Source of the DNA: Octopus bimaculoides
Lineage: Eukaryota
Reading direction: 5' to 3'
Assembly: GCF_001194135.2 (NCBI RefSeq)
Contig: NC_068990.1
Span: 33,575,345-33,639,344 of the forward strand
DNA length: 64,000 nucleotides
The position numbers and the translations under genes were made by a program. Shown here in pieces: positions 49,867 through 62,577 of this stretch (within the stretch, counting starts at the first letter, position 1; each line of letters starts with the position of its first letter). A model generated the notes under the pieces. That model had not been told where the DNA came from and did no database searches. It was given only the letters and a program-made list of their open reading frames with translations.

Positions 49867-50959
49867 AACGGTACCTTGAGAGAAGGAGACAGAGAGATAG
49901 ATAGATACAGAGAGTGTGAGAGTGAGAGGAAGGGAGATAGATAGACTCTGTGTGTGTGAGAGAGAGATAGATGGATATACATATATATAGAGAGAGAGGG
50001 TGGAAAGAGAGAGAGGGAGAGAGAAGGAGAGAGAAAAGGGGAGAGTGGGAGAGAGAGTGGGAGAGAGAGAGGGAGTGAAAGAGAAAGTGAGAGAGGATAA
50101 ACAAACGTAAACAAAAAAGGGCAGGGTGTGATGAAATCTCTGTAGTTGTTTTCTGACATTAAATATAATTCCTCATTCAGAGATTGTTCTTAATTGCGTC
50201 TACTTCTTAACATTATAAAAGTCACCTTTCCCCTCTCAGAGGAATTCAGCTTGATATGCTCATTATGCATATAGCATATCAAAATCAAAAGTGGTATTCA
50301 GACATGAGCTTAAGAGGAAAGTATTTGTCATAATTTGATATTAAACAGTAATTATCATTGCAATTATATCTTTGTTTGATAATTAAATTAATGTAAAAGT
50401 ATCTGATTTAAAGACAATCAGTTGGTTACACTCGGTGAAGAAATTTCATCATTTTCTAAACACATTAGTCAATACTGTAAAGATAAGTTACTTGACACCA
50501 TACAAACCTGTTACTCCTTTCACTATAAATTCTCAGAAGTAACAAAGCCCTTGTGATAATTATAACTGAAGATTATTATTGATAATCTGTACTGGCAGCT
50601 CACTGTAGATTAGATAGGTTAGGAGATTTTGATAGTGAAAAAGGTGTGGATCTTATGGAATTTAGAAAATCTGTATTCGATGGGAAATAGTTTCAAATGG
50701 AAGAAATGTCAGTGAATTCTTCTTTCAGAATAAAGAAATTCCTGGACTGATGGTTGTGGAAATGAGGAAAAGGAACATAAGAAAGAATAGTAGAGTATGT
50801 GAAACAGTGCCAAATGTGAAAGAGATATGCTTGACAATTTCAAAATCTGAAAGTCTATCAGAAAAACAGTTGACATGATGAGTCTGTAACAGTTGGGAAG
50901 AAAGAAACAGTTGTAAATATTTGGGAATTTACTTGGCCTCTGAAGATGGGACCAAACCG

Positions 50960-51325
50960 ACTATGCGTAGACTAACCGTCAATCAGTGATGAGTGACCCT
51001 ACAGGTAAAAACTGGCACTCCATCAGTTACAATGACAAGGGTCCCAAATGATCTGATCAACGGAACATCCTGTTCATGAAATTAATATGCAAATGGCTAA
51101 GCACTCCACAAACACGTGTACTCTTAACATAGTTCTAAAGGGGGAGATTCAATGTGACAAGGCTGGCCCTTTGAAATACGGGTACTACTCATTCTTGCCA
51201 GCTGAGTGAACTGGCGCAACAACGAATAAAGTGTCTTCCTCAAGGACACAACATGTCACCAGGAATTGAACCCTTTACCATACAATCATGATTTGAATAC
51301 CCTAACCTCTAAGCCGTGTGCCTTC
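50960..51325 (-). mobile_element. tRNA-derived SINE, full-length and degenerate
   Basis: The minus-strand head gaaggcacacggcttagaggttagggtattc...gggttcaattcctgg...ttgtgtccttgagg matches 38778-38874. Confidence 0.75.
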
Positions 51326-53815
51326 TTGACCCTATAATACACAAAATGTAAATCTCTCAGAGTCTCACTGAAGCCAGATCTAAAGTCAATTTGTTCTATG
51401 AAGAATTAGATGACTTGGCAAAGTGCACACTGCATAGCCACTCAACAAGTTTGCTGCTTCATCTGCTGAAGACAGCTTTATTGCAGCACTGCATCAATGA
51501 AAAAAAGTTGCAACAGACCGTTAAGATAGGCATCAAATAACAATTTTTAATAACAACAATAATAATCATAACGTAGAATGAAATAACAAAAGAATGATTA
51601 CATCATTTTATGAATTTTACAATATATTTTAGCTTCAGAATAAAAATAAATATTAAGTTCCTAATTATGATGAGTGATATCAGCTGTGATATCCTATATG
51701 CTTCACTATGTTTTGCAAAGTAATAAAACAAGATTAGTTTGAATATAACATCATTAACATTCCTGTTATCTGCCTCATTTGAGTTGATGTCTATTTTTTT
51801 TATGGTATGTTTGTTCTACACCAATTTTTCATATTAGTTTGGTATGGTTTTGGTCATTACTCAGTGGCATTATGAAGACCTTATCTTACCAGTCATAATC
51901 ATGTTCAGTTTTATGTAGATTTGCTTTCACAATGATTTTCTTTCTCAGAATTCCCAAGAGAACCATTACTTTTAGTCTTCAGTAATGTAATTACATAATC
52001 AAGTCTTACACATTTTATGCCAGGGCATTTTACATGTTAGCAAGTGTGATCAAGCAGCACTGTTTTATCTATAAATTTATGGAATATAGTGAAATAAACA
52101 GATGATGTAGATGATTGTAGGAACAATGATAGAGTGCTTATATAATATATCTAATTACAAAGCAGAGAACATTTCTTCACAACAACAATAAACTCATACG
52201 TTTTTAGTTACCAGCTGCAACCTGTATGAACTGTGTTACATTCTCACAGTATTAACTTAATGTTACAGAAAATATTGACATCATATCAGATATAGTGTGA
52301 CAGTCAATGAACCTTTCAGAGTTATACGATATACAAGAAAAATGCTGTTCTTGGTTTTTCATTGCAACAACTGATTAAACAAAAAAAAAAAAACCACTGG
52401 TGATAAAATGTCAACCCTTTCCAAATAAATTGTATCCCCTCACACTACATTCACTGATAACTAGCATCTTCTCTACTTTAAGACTACAGGTCTGAGAATC
52501 TGAGGACTTTTAACAGTTGTTGTAGCAATAAAATGATAACCATAGTTAAATCATCATCATCCTCCTCATCAACACCACCACCACTGCTGCTGCCACCACC
52601 ACCACATTCATTTTTATCACTGGATATTTAAAGGCTATGTTATCGTTGACTCAATTCCTGGAATTGGAAGTTTTTATAATGGCTGTCTTAAAACTCCATA
52701 TATTATCTAAGATAAACTGACTACATAAGACTTTGATTTTCTATGATTTTCACTTTCTATGGCTGTTTGATAGGTCTAATATTCCTGAAAGTAGCATGAT
52801 GGTAAATAGTGTCTCAAAAGGGTTAAGGAAATATTGGTTCAAAGAAACAAAACATAAAATAACAAGTGGTTCTGGTTAACATCAACTGTAATATCGAATT
52901 TAGCTTGTCGGTTTTGGATGATTCCAGTAGCTTTGGAAACCTAGAATATCCTGGTATCAAATTCTTGAGCACAAGTCCAAGAGGATTCCAATAATAGTTC
53001 AGCTTCTATCTGCCCACACATAGAAAATGTATTAATATCTACAACATGAGATTTCTAGAATGGAACGGAATCCACTGATTCAACAATTCATCAGTCATTT
53101 CACTGCGTCTTTTAAGTTATCTTTGTATTCTTTCTTTTCGATATATATATAACAAACAAACAAACAAATAAATCCATTTGCAGAAGAAATAAGAATAAGT
53201 ATTCTACGAATAGGTGGGGAAGATTTGAGTAATAAATATTCCATTCAATGACAATAACTAAATATAGATGGATGCCAGATTTTGGTGAAGATCAGTTGCT
53301 GCAATGTTATTGGATGAAGGCCATGTAATGTAGTTTTGATTGAAAAGCCGTGTTGCATTTCAAGCAAAAGAAAAAAAAAAAAGGTGCTCCTGCCCTGTTT
53401 CACCAAATATCAGTGACCTGCATGACATTTGGAATTACTTTTGCATGTATTCTTCATTTGCATCGATTCCTCCTATGTAATGTATATCTTCTCTATGAAA
53501 ATCATTAAGTTCTCTTGCCAACAATGAAAAAAATCTACTATTGTTTGGACAGTAGGTACAGATAGTGGCTGATAACCTAAATTATTCAAATTTACAAATA
53601 GTTTGTTCAATGCAGAAGAAATATTTGGTAATTTAGATATCACAATCTTCAGATCAGTTGTAACCCTAAACTTTTAACATCTCAAATTTATCTTATCTAG
53701 ACTCTAATATATCTTGGAGTAGAATTCCATTATCTAGATTGAGAATCTTTGTCTTTATTAGTTTTGTTTAGTTTGGACTGTGCCATGGAATTAGAACAAA
53801 GAGGAATTTGTAGTT

Positions 53816-54115
53816 CATCATCATTATCGTTTAACATCCGCTTTCCATGCTAGCATGGGTTGGATGATTTGACTGAGGACTGGTGAACCAGATGGCTGCA
53901 CCAGACTCCAATCTGATCTGGCAGGGTTTCTACAGCTGGATGCCCTTCCTAACGTCAACCACTCTGAGAGTGTAGTCGGCACTTTTATGTGCCACCGGCA
54001 CGAGAGACAGTCTGGCGGTACTGGCAACGGCCACGCTCAAATGGTGTTTTTTACATGCCACCTGCACAGGAGTCAGTCCAGCAGCACTGGCAACAACCTC
54101 GCTCGAATGTTTGTT
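53816..54115 (-). mobile_element. Family C SINE, well preserved
   Basis: Minus strand reads gtgccggtggcacataaaagtgcc...gtggttgacgttaggaagggcatccagctgtag...catccaacccatgctagcatggaaagcggatgttaaacgataatgatg. Confidence 0.88.
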
Positions 54116-54359
54116 CAGATATATTTATATTCACTTCAGTTTGGTTTCAAACTCAAATACATTAATTATGTTGAATGACTAGAGACAATGTAGAGCAGTG
54201 AGAATCTGCCTCTATTTTGTCTTACAAGGCAACACTTCTAGTGCTGGTATTACAATACAACACACTCACAACACTCTGTAAAGTGGCTGATGAAATAGCA
54301 CTGACATTGTAAGGTTGAGAGGATCCCTTGGTTTTTTTGTCTTGCTAGGTTCATGTTAA

Positions 54360-54620
54360 CCTCACTAATGCTAAGATGTGAGAATATGCACCCAGTACAC
54401 TCTGCAAGGTTGTTAATGTTAGGAAGGACATCCAGCTGTAAAAAAACAAAAGCATGTGCAAATGAAAAGGACAAGCAAAGCATGGTTTCTGGGTCGTACC
54501 AAGGAGGGCAATAATTCTGAGCAAGAATTGACCCAAACCATAACAATATATCTGACTCTTGCCAGCATGGGAAGCTGACATAAATGTTGTTGTTATCAAT
54601 GATTATGAGGATGATGATCA
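54360..54620 (+). mobile_element. Family C SINE, degenerate
   Basis: gcacccagtacactctgcaagg...gttaggaaggacatccagctgtaaaa...gccagcatgggaagctgacataaa, with a GAT-like tail. Confidence 0.65.
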
Positions 54621-54639
54621 GAGATAGATGGTCTTGGTC

Positions 54640-54870
54640 TTTGTTAATACAGTATCATTGGTTAGAATCAGGTCAAACCTGTAATGACTAAAGACTAAAT
54701 GATAATGACTAAAGACTAAAAACCCTCTATCAAGGACAATAGCATTTTTTCCATGTCAACATGCATAGAATTACATTATCTAATGTATCCCTTTTTATTT
54801 GAAATGGTAGGGCGTGATTTGGTGGAGATTTAGTTGCTATTTCTAGTAGGTTGAGCAACTCTTAGAAACC
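54640..54870 (+). mobile_element. Family D interspersed repeat, copy 3
   Basis: aaatggtagggcgtgatttggtggagatttagttgctatttctagtagg. Confidence 0.5.
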
Positions 54871-54904
54871 CTATTAATGGACATAGTGCAAAAGAAGAAA
54901 TTTA

Positions 54905-55095
54905 AGTGCTGGTGATGTGCAAAAGGCACCCAATGCACTTTGTGGAGTGGTTGGCATTAGGAAAGGCATCCAGCCATAGAAACGAAGCCAAAACAGATAT
55001 TGGAGCCTGGTGCAGCTCTCTAGTTTACCAACTTCAGTGAAACCATTAAACCCATGCAACTATGGGAAAAGGACATTAAATGATGATGATGATGA
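54905..55095 (+). mobile_element. Family C SINE
   Basis: gagtggttggcattaggaaaggcatccagccatagaaac...aaacccatgcaactatgggaaaaggacattaaa(tga)n. Confidence 0.85.
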
Positions 55096-57208
55096 AATGA
55101 CTGAGGTTTTAGATATTTAACTTCATGAAGCATGGATTATGGCAAAATTGGGGACCATTACAGCCACTACTCTGCAAGTCTCATTGATTCATAGTTGCAG
55201 TTTCTTTGTCCCATTCTTTCAATAAGATGTACATTATGCCTTCTCGTTTCTTCTTTTCTAAAAATTGGAGGCATCATACACATGTAAAAATCATTATTGA
55301 TTTTATGTTATTACATTATAAAATAATACATAAATAGATTACTTTGTTGTGTTTCAATTATCTCATATATCAAAGCTTAGATGTGTTTTTGTTAACTTGC
55401 CTGTGGCCAATTTTCAACTGCAATAACTGCAGATAAATTTCCTCCTCTCTTCCCCCCCCCCCATGGAAGACATGTAGAGATAATAGAAAATAAAATAACT
55501 ATTCAAATATCATATTTAATTTCACTGCACGGCCCCCATTAGAAATTACTACAGTTTGACTACGACAATTGCAAACTTCTACAAGTAATTTACAATTCTT
55601 TATCTGAGTCTCTTTATGCGGTTCTACACTGATATTTAAGTAATTTATAATAAAAATAATAACAGTAATAATGATGATGATGATGATGATAATGGTGATG
55701 GTAGTGATGATGATAATGATGATGATGAGGAGGAGGAGGAGGATGATGATGGTGGTGATGGTGATGATGACTGGCCAACTTCAAAATAGGATATTTAAAT
55801 AAAATAAAATCTTCTTACGAGAAATTAAACTATATTCTGATAGTTTTGGCCAATAAAATCTGGCAATTTGTAATTATCAAAACTAACTCTATTCATTAAT
55901 AACGACATCAGTTATTCCATTTCTTTGTTAAATCCAAAAGGATTGCAGTGATAAAAGCTGGCACTTCAAAGATAAAGATATTAATTCAAAATTATTCAGT
56001 AATATTGCCATTTCATAGAAATTAGTTTTCAGCAGAGAAGCTTTGATTTGGAAAAGTAATGAAATAATGAGAAATGCTAATGTAAATTAGACAAAATGGC
56101 AGCAAAATCATATTCCAACTAGGCATCAAGTTAGCCAGAACAAATACTAGGTGGTCTTTAATGGTTTTAGAATTAAAGACAAGGTATAAGTTGTTGGAAA
56201 TTTATTCTTATTAAAGAGAAGAGATAATGCTTAATGACATAAAGAACGGAGATAGATAGATAGGTAGATAGATAGATAGATAAATGGATGCGAAAGCTTC
56301 TCTATATTATACAGAAACCTACTGCATAAGAATCAGTTGTAATACTTCTTCATGTAACCAAAGAATTACCAGGATTTATATAGTTGTTAATGTTTTTTTT
56401 TTCTTTAAGAAGTTCACTTCTGTTCGGTAGCTTCATTAGCAACAATTGATAATTAGAGAGATGTTCTACTAAAATACATGCTGTAGAAGTTTCTGGAATT
56501 TATATCTAATTTATACCAAAATCTGGTTCTTTTGAAGATCTGCTGCTATTTTATGCCATTGTTGAGAGCAGTTTTTGTGTGGTGGATGACAGTGATTAAT
56601 GTGAGAAAACCACTTACAGTGCTATTCAATGGCTGTTTCTAAGTAGTTAACAAAATATATGTCAGTTCAGAGATAAATAGATATCAGCCAATGAATAAAT
56701 GTAAATCCTTTCCCATACTTATTCAATTAATGGCTAGCTTTCTTTGATGGAAATTTTATAAAGAGAAGTTTTCCTCTAATAAATTACCTTTGGCATACAC
56801 ATTGCTTCAGTGGGTATGAACCAATTCAATTCTCTAGTGGTGCTTGCTGGTTATTAATTAGAAATGCTAAATGTGTGTCCAAAATTGAGCTTGGTTACTT
56901 GCAGAATAACTTTGTGTTTCAGCTCACAGCTAAACAGAGAATATTAGGTTATCTATCAGAAAGTACATCTGTCGTGGCCAATGAACAAAGGGAGTCAATC
57001 AACCAAGAAGTCTATCAATTTGGCTACAAATATTTTATAACAGGAAATTATTGTGGATGTCAGCAGAGCCAATAAAGCCTTATTTCTTTTTCTAAATATC
57101 TCTTAAACCTCTACCTTACTCTTTCCTTTGTCTCTCTCTACCGGAACTTTGCTGATCTAGCACTACACTATCCTCTCTGTATCATCCTTTCTTCCATCAG
57201 TTAGCTGA

Positions 57209-57239
<31 letters not shown>

Positions 57240-57615
57240 TACATACATATACACAGGCTGACTAATGACTTCTGTGTGAAATTTGGGTGGAAATAATAAG
57301 TTACCCACAGTGTGTATGTATTTGTTTACAGGTATATGTTTGAATGTGTATTTCTTATTCCTCACATTTTGACATGTGCTCACTAATTGTAAACAAAGCA
57401 TCTCTGTGCATACAAACACTGCTGTTTGCTTGCAATTCTCCCTAAAGCATGTCTAGGCTATTTGTTGTTCTATAGACTAGAAGTATTAGCTAGCATAGAA
57501 ACAGACGATGGCTGGTGACAGGAAATGCATCAAACCATAGAAAATTCTGACTCAATAAAGTCTAACCTGATAAATGAGAGCATGGAAAACTAAACTTAAA
57601 ATAATGATGATGATG

Positions 57616-57620
<5 letters not shown>

Positions 57621-57691
<71 letters not shown>
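57621..57691. repeat. (AT)n microsatellite, about 35 units
   Basis: Perfect dinucleotide run. Confidence 0.95.
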
Positions 57692-57692
<1 letters not shown>

Positions 57693-57695
<3 letters not shown>

Positions 57696-57875
57696 GGGGG
57701 AGAATTCACAAAACAAAACAAAGGATGAAGACAGGTGGTGTAGACAACAAACAGATGTATGGGGAAGGTTTAAGAGGAACACACAAGTTGTTTAAGGAAA
57801 ATAAGACAAGGTAGAACATGCTAAAATAGTTTTATTATGAAGAACATTTTAGTGTCGGTTTCAGTCTTTGCGACT
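57693..57875 (-). mobile_element. Possible Penelope-like pseudo-LTR fragments
   Basis: The minus strand has cgaaaa-agtc(gcaaa)gact-gaaa-ccg followed by aataaaa, a degenerate hammerhead-like layout. The assignment is largely from memory. Confidence 0.25.
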
Positions 57876-58114
57876 TTTTCGATTTAGGGTAAAGTATGAA
57901 AAACAATTAAATTGTGGAAAAATTAACTGAAATGTTTTTTTTTTAAATTGTTCCATAGTTTTCAAATGTAAAGGACATTTTCCTTTTTTCTGTCTGTCTC
58001 TCTTTTTTTACTCTTGTGGATTCTCATAGTTAGCAGCGGCTAGTTTGATATGAATTCTTGTCTCTGATTGTTTAAGCAGCAGTAGTAGTAGAGAAAGGAG
58101 GCTGCAGTGGAGAG

Positions 58115-58180
58115 GAAGAAGAAGAAGAAGAAGAAGAAGAAGAAGAAGAAGAAGAAGAAGAAGAAGAAGAAGAAGAAGAA
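58115..58180. repeat. (GAA)22 microsatellite
   Basis: Perfect trinucleotide run. Confidence 0.95.
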
Positions 58181-58279
58181 AAATGTAGGTGTGGTATGAC
58201 AGTAGCAGGATGTTGGTGGAATCCTCTCAAATGGTCAAGTGACCTAAAAGTGACCTGTTATGGTTGTAATAGTAGTGAT

Positions 58280-59120
58280 GTAGTGCTAGATCAATACGAA
58301 GAAAAGGAGTAGGTAAAAATCCCATGTAGCATACTAAGTATGATCTGTGGATGCATAGTTTAATGTAATCAAAGGCATGATGACAGTGAATAAAGAATTT
58401 GCCTCTGGCAGGCATACAGCAATAGACAGTTCACAAAAGGGGTGAGAAAATGGAAAATATACTCCTTGTAATGTTCAGAAATCTCTATAGAAGTAACAGA
58501 TAGGTTCTGTAGGAGACCTTCTCAGCTGTGAAAGAGAGTTCTGAAGCTTTGTAGAATAAGAATAGGATGGAAAAAGTTTAGGGAACGGTTGCCTCTGCTG
58601 ACAACAATGGAATTCTGTCACAAAGCAATGGGTAGATCGTCTGATGCTTGTGCACAAACTGCGATGCTGCCTTGTGATGAGACATGGGCACTGAATACAG
58701 AAGGTGAGTAAATGTTAGCATGAAACAAAGTGAGCATGATTGACTGGATGTGTAATGTTAGTGTGTAATGTTAGCCTGGCTGACATGGTTGAGATGAACT
58801 GAGAAAGAAAAAAACGGTAAAATAGGTATAAATGAATATGTAGTGTGTAAGAAAGAAGCCTACGGTGGCATGGAACAAGTAATGCATATAGATGATAATA
58901 GAGGAATGAATAAGAGCCAGGAGATTCGTGCGGAAGTAACCAGTGGAGCAGGAAGACCAAGGAAGACATGGGTAAGATATAGTGTAAGCTAATTTCAGGA
59001 AGTTGAATCTCACAAAAGAGATGACAAAAGAAATGCAACAAGTGACAGAATGTCATGTTGAAGATGACCCTTCCAGCCATTGCAAGCATTGAATAATATG
59101 GAAGAATGGGCATAAAAAAG
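58280..59120 (+). mobile_element. RTE LINE 3' portion, decayed
   Basis: Reads RKGVGKN...RIGWKKFRERLPLL...AMLPCDETWALN...LRWHG...GAGRPRKTW, then the tail ccttccagccattgcaagcat...ggaagaatgggcataaaa. Confidence 0.88.
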
Positions 59121-59134
59121 ATAAGGATGCTACT

Positions 59135-59176
<42 letters not shown>

Positions 59177-60406
59177 GCAGACACACACACACATACACAA
59201 CTTATCTCATTTATTTCTTCTCTCATTTCTTTTTTTTTTTTGGTTTGGTTTTCTTCCTCTTCATCACTTCCTCTGCACTCTTTTTGCCTCTGCGTAGTGA
59301 ACTATCGTTGTGTGTATCTGTGCATATTCACTTGCATATACATGTGCATTTCAGANNNNNNNNNNNNNNNNNNNNNNNNNNNNNNNNNNNNNNNNNNNNN
59401 NNNNNNNNNNNNNNNNNNNNNNNNNNNNNNNNNNNNNNNNNNNNNNNNNNNNNNNNNNNNNNNNNNNNNNNNNNNNNNNNNNNNNNNNNNNNNNNNNNNN
59501 NNNNNNNNNNNNNNNNNNNNNNNNNNNNNNNNNNNNNNNNNNNNNNNNNNNNNNNNNNNNNNNNNNNNNNNNNNNNNNNNNNNNNNNNNNNNNNNNNNNN
59601 NNNNNNNNNNNNNNNNNNNNNNNNNNNNNNNNNNNNNNNNNNNNNNNNNNNNNNNNNNNNNNNNNNNNNNNNNNNNNNNNNNNNNNNNNNNNNNNNNNNN
59701 NNNNNNNNNNNNNNNNNNNNNNNNNNNNNNNNNNNNNNNNNNNNNNNNNNNNNNNNNNNNNNNNNNNNNNNNNNNNNNNNNNNNNNNNNNNNNNNNNNNN
59801 NNNNNNNNNNNNNNNNNNNNNNNNNNNNNNNNNNNNNNNNNNNNNNNNNNNNNNNNNNNNNNNNNNNNNNTATATATATATATATATATATATATCTTTT
59901 CTATTTGCATGAGCATTCACTAAACTATGAGATCCCAGAGTTGCCTGATAGTTTATATTTGTTTCTTGAGAGGGAGAAAAATACGTTAGATGTAGCGAAG
60001 AGATTTCCATATTAATTAAACAAGAAGCTATTTCTTGCAGTGTCTGTTTGGAATAAGATTATTTGAGTTACTAATTCAGCCATGATAGTATTCCTTATCA
60101 CAGCAGGAATTGAACACATAATGTATAAATTATAAAAGCAAGAGTGATCTAATAAAAACTCTGAAGTGTTAATTAGTGTCACTTGGTTGATTTTATACTA
60201 AGCTAGGTACAGCTGCTATGTAAACAAATAGAAGCAAAGGTGTAGAAGTGATACTATTAGTCTGTAGTAGTTGCTGAGATCTTAGGCTTACATTAAAGTT
60301 ATTCTGTTCTACTCTAGATAAATTCTAAGCAACCACATATTTCTTCAGAACTTTAATCAAATGTATTCATATAAAATATTTCTCTGCATAAAGTGCATTG
60401 TATGTA

Positions 60407-61676
60407 TCAGGTCATCCCATAAGTTCTGTCCGATTTTACCTTTTTTAAAATTGAATGAAATTTTATAGTACTTTAGAATGTCTAATGGAATTAAAAATTA
60501 TTTTTGTGCATTTGTGTACATTTAAACTAATTAAATATTATTTTACAGAGTAATAGAATTAAAATTTCTTTGATTAAAAACCCTTTCTAACATGGAAGTA
60601 TCCAAAGAGCATTTGAGGCACATGTACTTTATGAGTACAAAAGAGGAAACTCTGCAGCTGAAGTGACTCGAAACATACACTCAGTTTATGAGAAAGAACT
60701 TGCAGAAGATGGTTTGCAAAATTCAGAAGTGGAAATTACAGCCTTGAAGATGAAGATAGAACAGGACGTCTAGTTGAGTTTGATAAGCTCCTTGAGGCAT
60801 TACTTGAAGAAAATCCTGCATTATCAGTTGAAGAATTGGCAATAAAGTTTAGTTCAAATCATACAACTGTTCATCGTCATCTTCAACAACTTGGAAAGGT
60901 TCCTAAACTTGAAAAATGAGTGCCTCACGATTTGTCCGAAGGCAACTGCAAATCCCAAGTTGACATCTGCTCTTCTCTCTATTCTCACAAACTCATTTCA
61001 CCCTTTTTGGTTAGGCTTGTTACTGGTGAGGAAAAATGGATCTTCTATCAAAATGTTAAATGTCGTAAACAGGGGCTTGGTAAAAGGGAAAAAGCTCAAC
61101 CACGACCAAGAAGGGAGCTTCATGGGAAAAAGGCTCTTCTCTCCATCTGGTGAGATTGCAAAGGAGTAATTCACTTTGAATTGTTACCACTTAATGCAAC
61201 AATCAATGCTCAAGTCTACTGTCGGCATTTAGAGTGTTTGAACCAAGCTTTGAAGAAAAAAGGACCTGCCTTACTGATTTCAAAAAGGAGTGATGTTTCA
61301 TCAGGACAATGCGAGGCCCTACACTGCAAAGATCACATCACAGAAGATCGAAGAGCTTGGTTGGGAAAAAATTCCTCATCCACCTTACTCTTCCAACCTT
61401 GCTCCTTCAGGCTACCATTTGTTTCGTAGTTTACAGAATCATTTGAGGGATATAACTTTCACAAGCCAGGAGAAGGTCGAAACTGACATTTCAGAATTCT
61501 TTGCTTTGAAACCAAAAGAGTTTTACATTGATGGGATTAAAAAGCTTGTAAATAGAAGGAAAGAAGTCAAAGATAATCAAGGAAAGAACATCAATGATTA
61601 AATTTCAATTAAATATAACATTTGATCACTTGTTTTCTTTATTTAAAACTCGGATGGAACTTATGGGATGGCCTGA
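60407..61676 (+). mobile_element. Full-length (1270 bp) pseudogenised mariner (D,D34D type)
   Basis: 27-bp TIRs tcagg(t/c)catcccataagttc(tg/ca)tccga with TA TSD at 60405-60406 and 61677-61678. Transposase runs 60592-61601 with stops and frameshifts; motifs *VPHDL, LVTGEEKW, HQDNARP and HPPYSSNLAPSGYHLF are recognisable. Confidence 0.95.
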
Positions 61677-61732
61677 TATGTGTGTATGTATGTATGTATA
61701 TATGTATGTATGTATGTATGCATGTGTGTCTG

Positions 61733-61940
61733 TGTTTGTCTCTGCTCACCACCACTTGACAACCAATGTTGGTGTATTTACATTCCTGTAACTTAGCAGT
61801 TTGGCAAAAGAGAATGCTAGAATAAGTACCAGGCTTTAGAGTAAAATATGTACTGAGGTCGATTTGTTCAACTAAAATCCTTCAAAATGGTATTGTTGCA
61901 TGGCTACACTCTAATGACTTTAAACAAGTAAAAGATAAAG
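61733..61940 (+). mobile_element. Family A SINE 3' module
   Basis: ttgacaaccaatgttggtg...aacttagcagtttggcaaaagag...aataagtaccaggc...aaacaagtaaaagataa. Confidence 0.75.
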
Positions 61941-62154
61941 CCTAGATGCTTATTTCTTTAAATATCTTATATATGTCTTCATTTAATAAAATTGTAATAT
62001 CTGACAAGGAAGACTGATCAATAACAATGGAACACATCATCAGATGAAATTTCTCTAGTAACAAGCAGAACAACAACACTGATAGGAAAAATAGACAATA
62101 TATTGAATTCCATGACATCACATTTATCCAGCATTTAATTCACAATTCATACAC

Positions 62155-62577
62155 AAGTTTTGTTTTCATATTTTGGTTGAAATATGCTACGTTTGTGTCA
62201 ATTAATTGTGAAAGTAATGAAAAATTTAGTAAAATGACTTTGTTGTTTTTCAAGTTGCTGTTTAGAACATAAGCTGTCCATCAATGTTGACTATGGTGTT
62301 GTTCTCTAGGAGTCTTATCTTACATTTTGTGAGTTGATAGATGTGAAAATAGTCCAATCCTGTAATGGCATGTCCTTGAAGACAGATGACAAGGGAAATT
62401 GCCCATTATGTTGTTGGTGAGTCTGAGATGATGTTGACATCTCTTTTCTTTAAGTTTCTCATGTCAGATTAGTTCAAAATGTGTTTGATGGAAGGCTTTA
62501 ATTTAGATATTCTAAAACAAGAAATTTGTATCATAGAACCAAAGGCAGTCCTGGGCAGGTTGGTATCAAAAGGGTTA
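62155..62577. mobile_element. Probable old TTAA-type MITE with a foreign insert at about 62273-62470
   Basis: The right end tggtatcaaaagggtta is piggyBac-like; the left TIR is eroded. The rest is recognised from memory only. Confidence 0.3.

Noticed and set aside
55500-56200. TAAT-dense unique sequence suggestive of developmental enhancers
   Set aside because: TAAT is expected at high frequency in AT-rich DNA; this cannot be supported without conservation or chromatin data.
56875-57075. 66-aa ORF with an internal acceptor-like site in unique DNA (similar cases at 47400-47500, 32770-32970 minus, 45209-45258, 51360-51540)
   Set aside because: No recognisable domain or consistent exon chain, and the lengths are within chance expectation. 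The 51360 frame (NLFYEELDDL) may be an RTE endonuclease relic.
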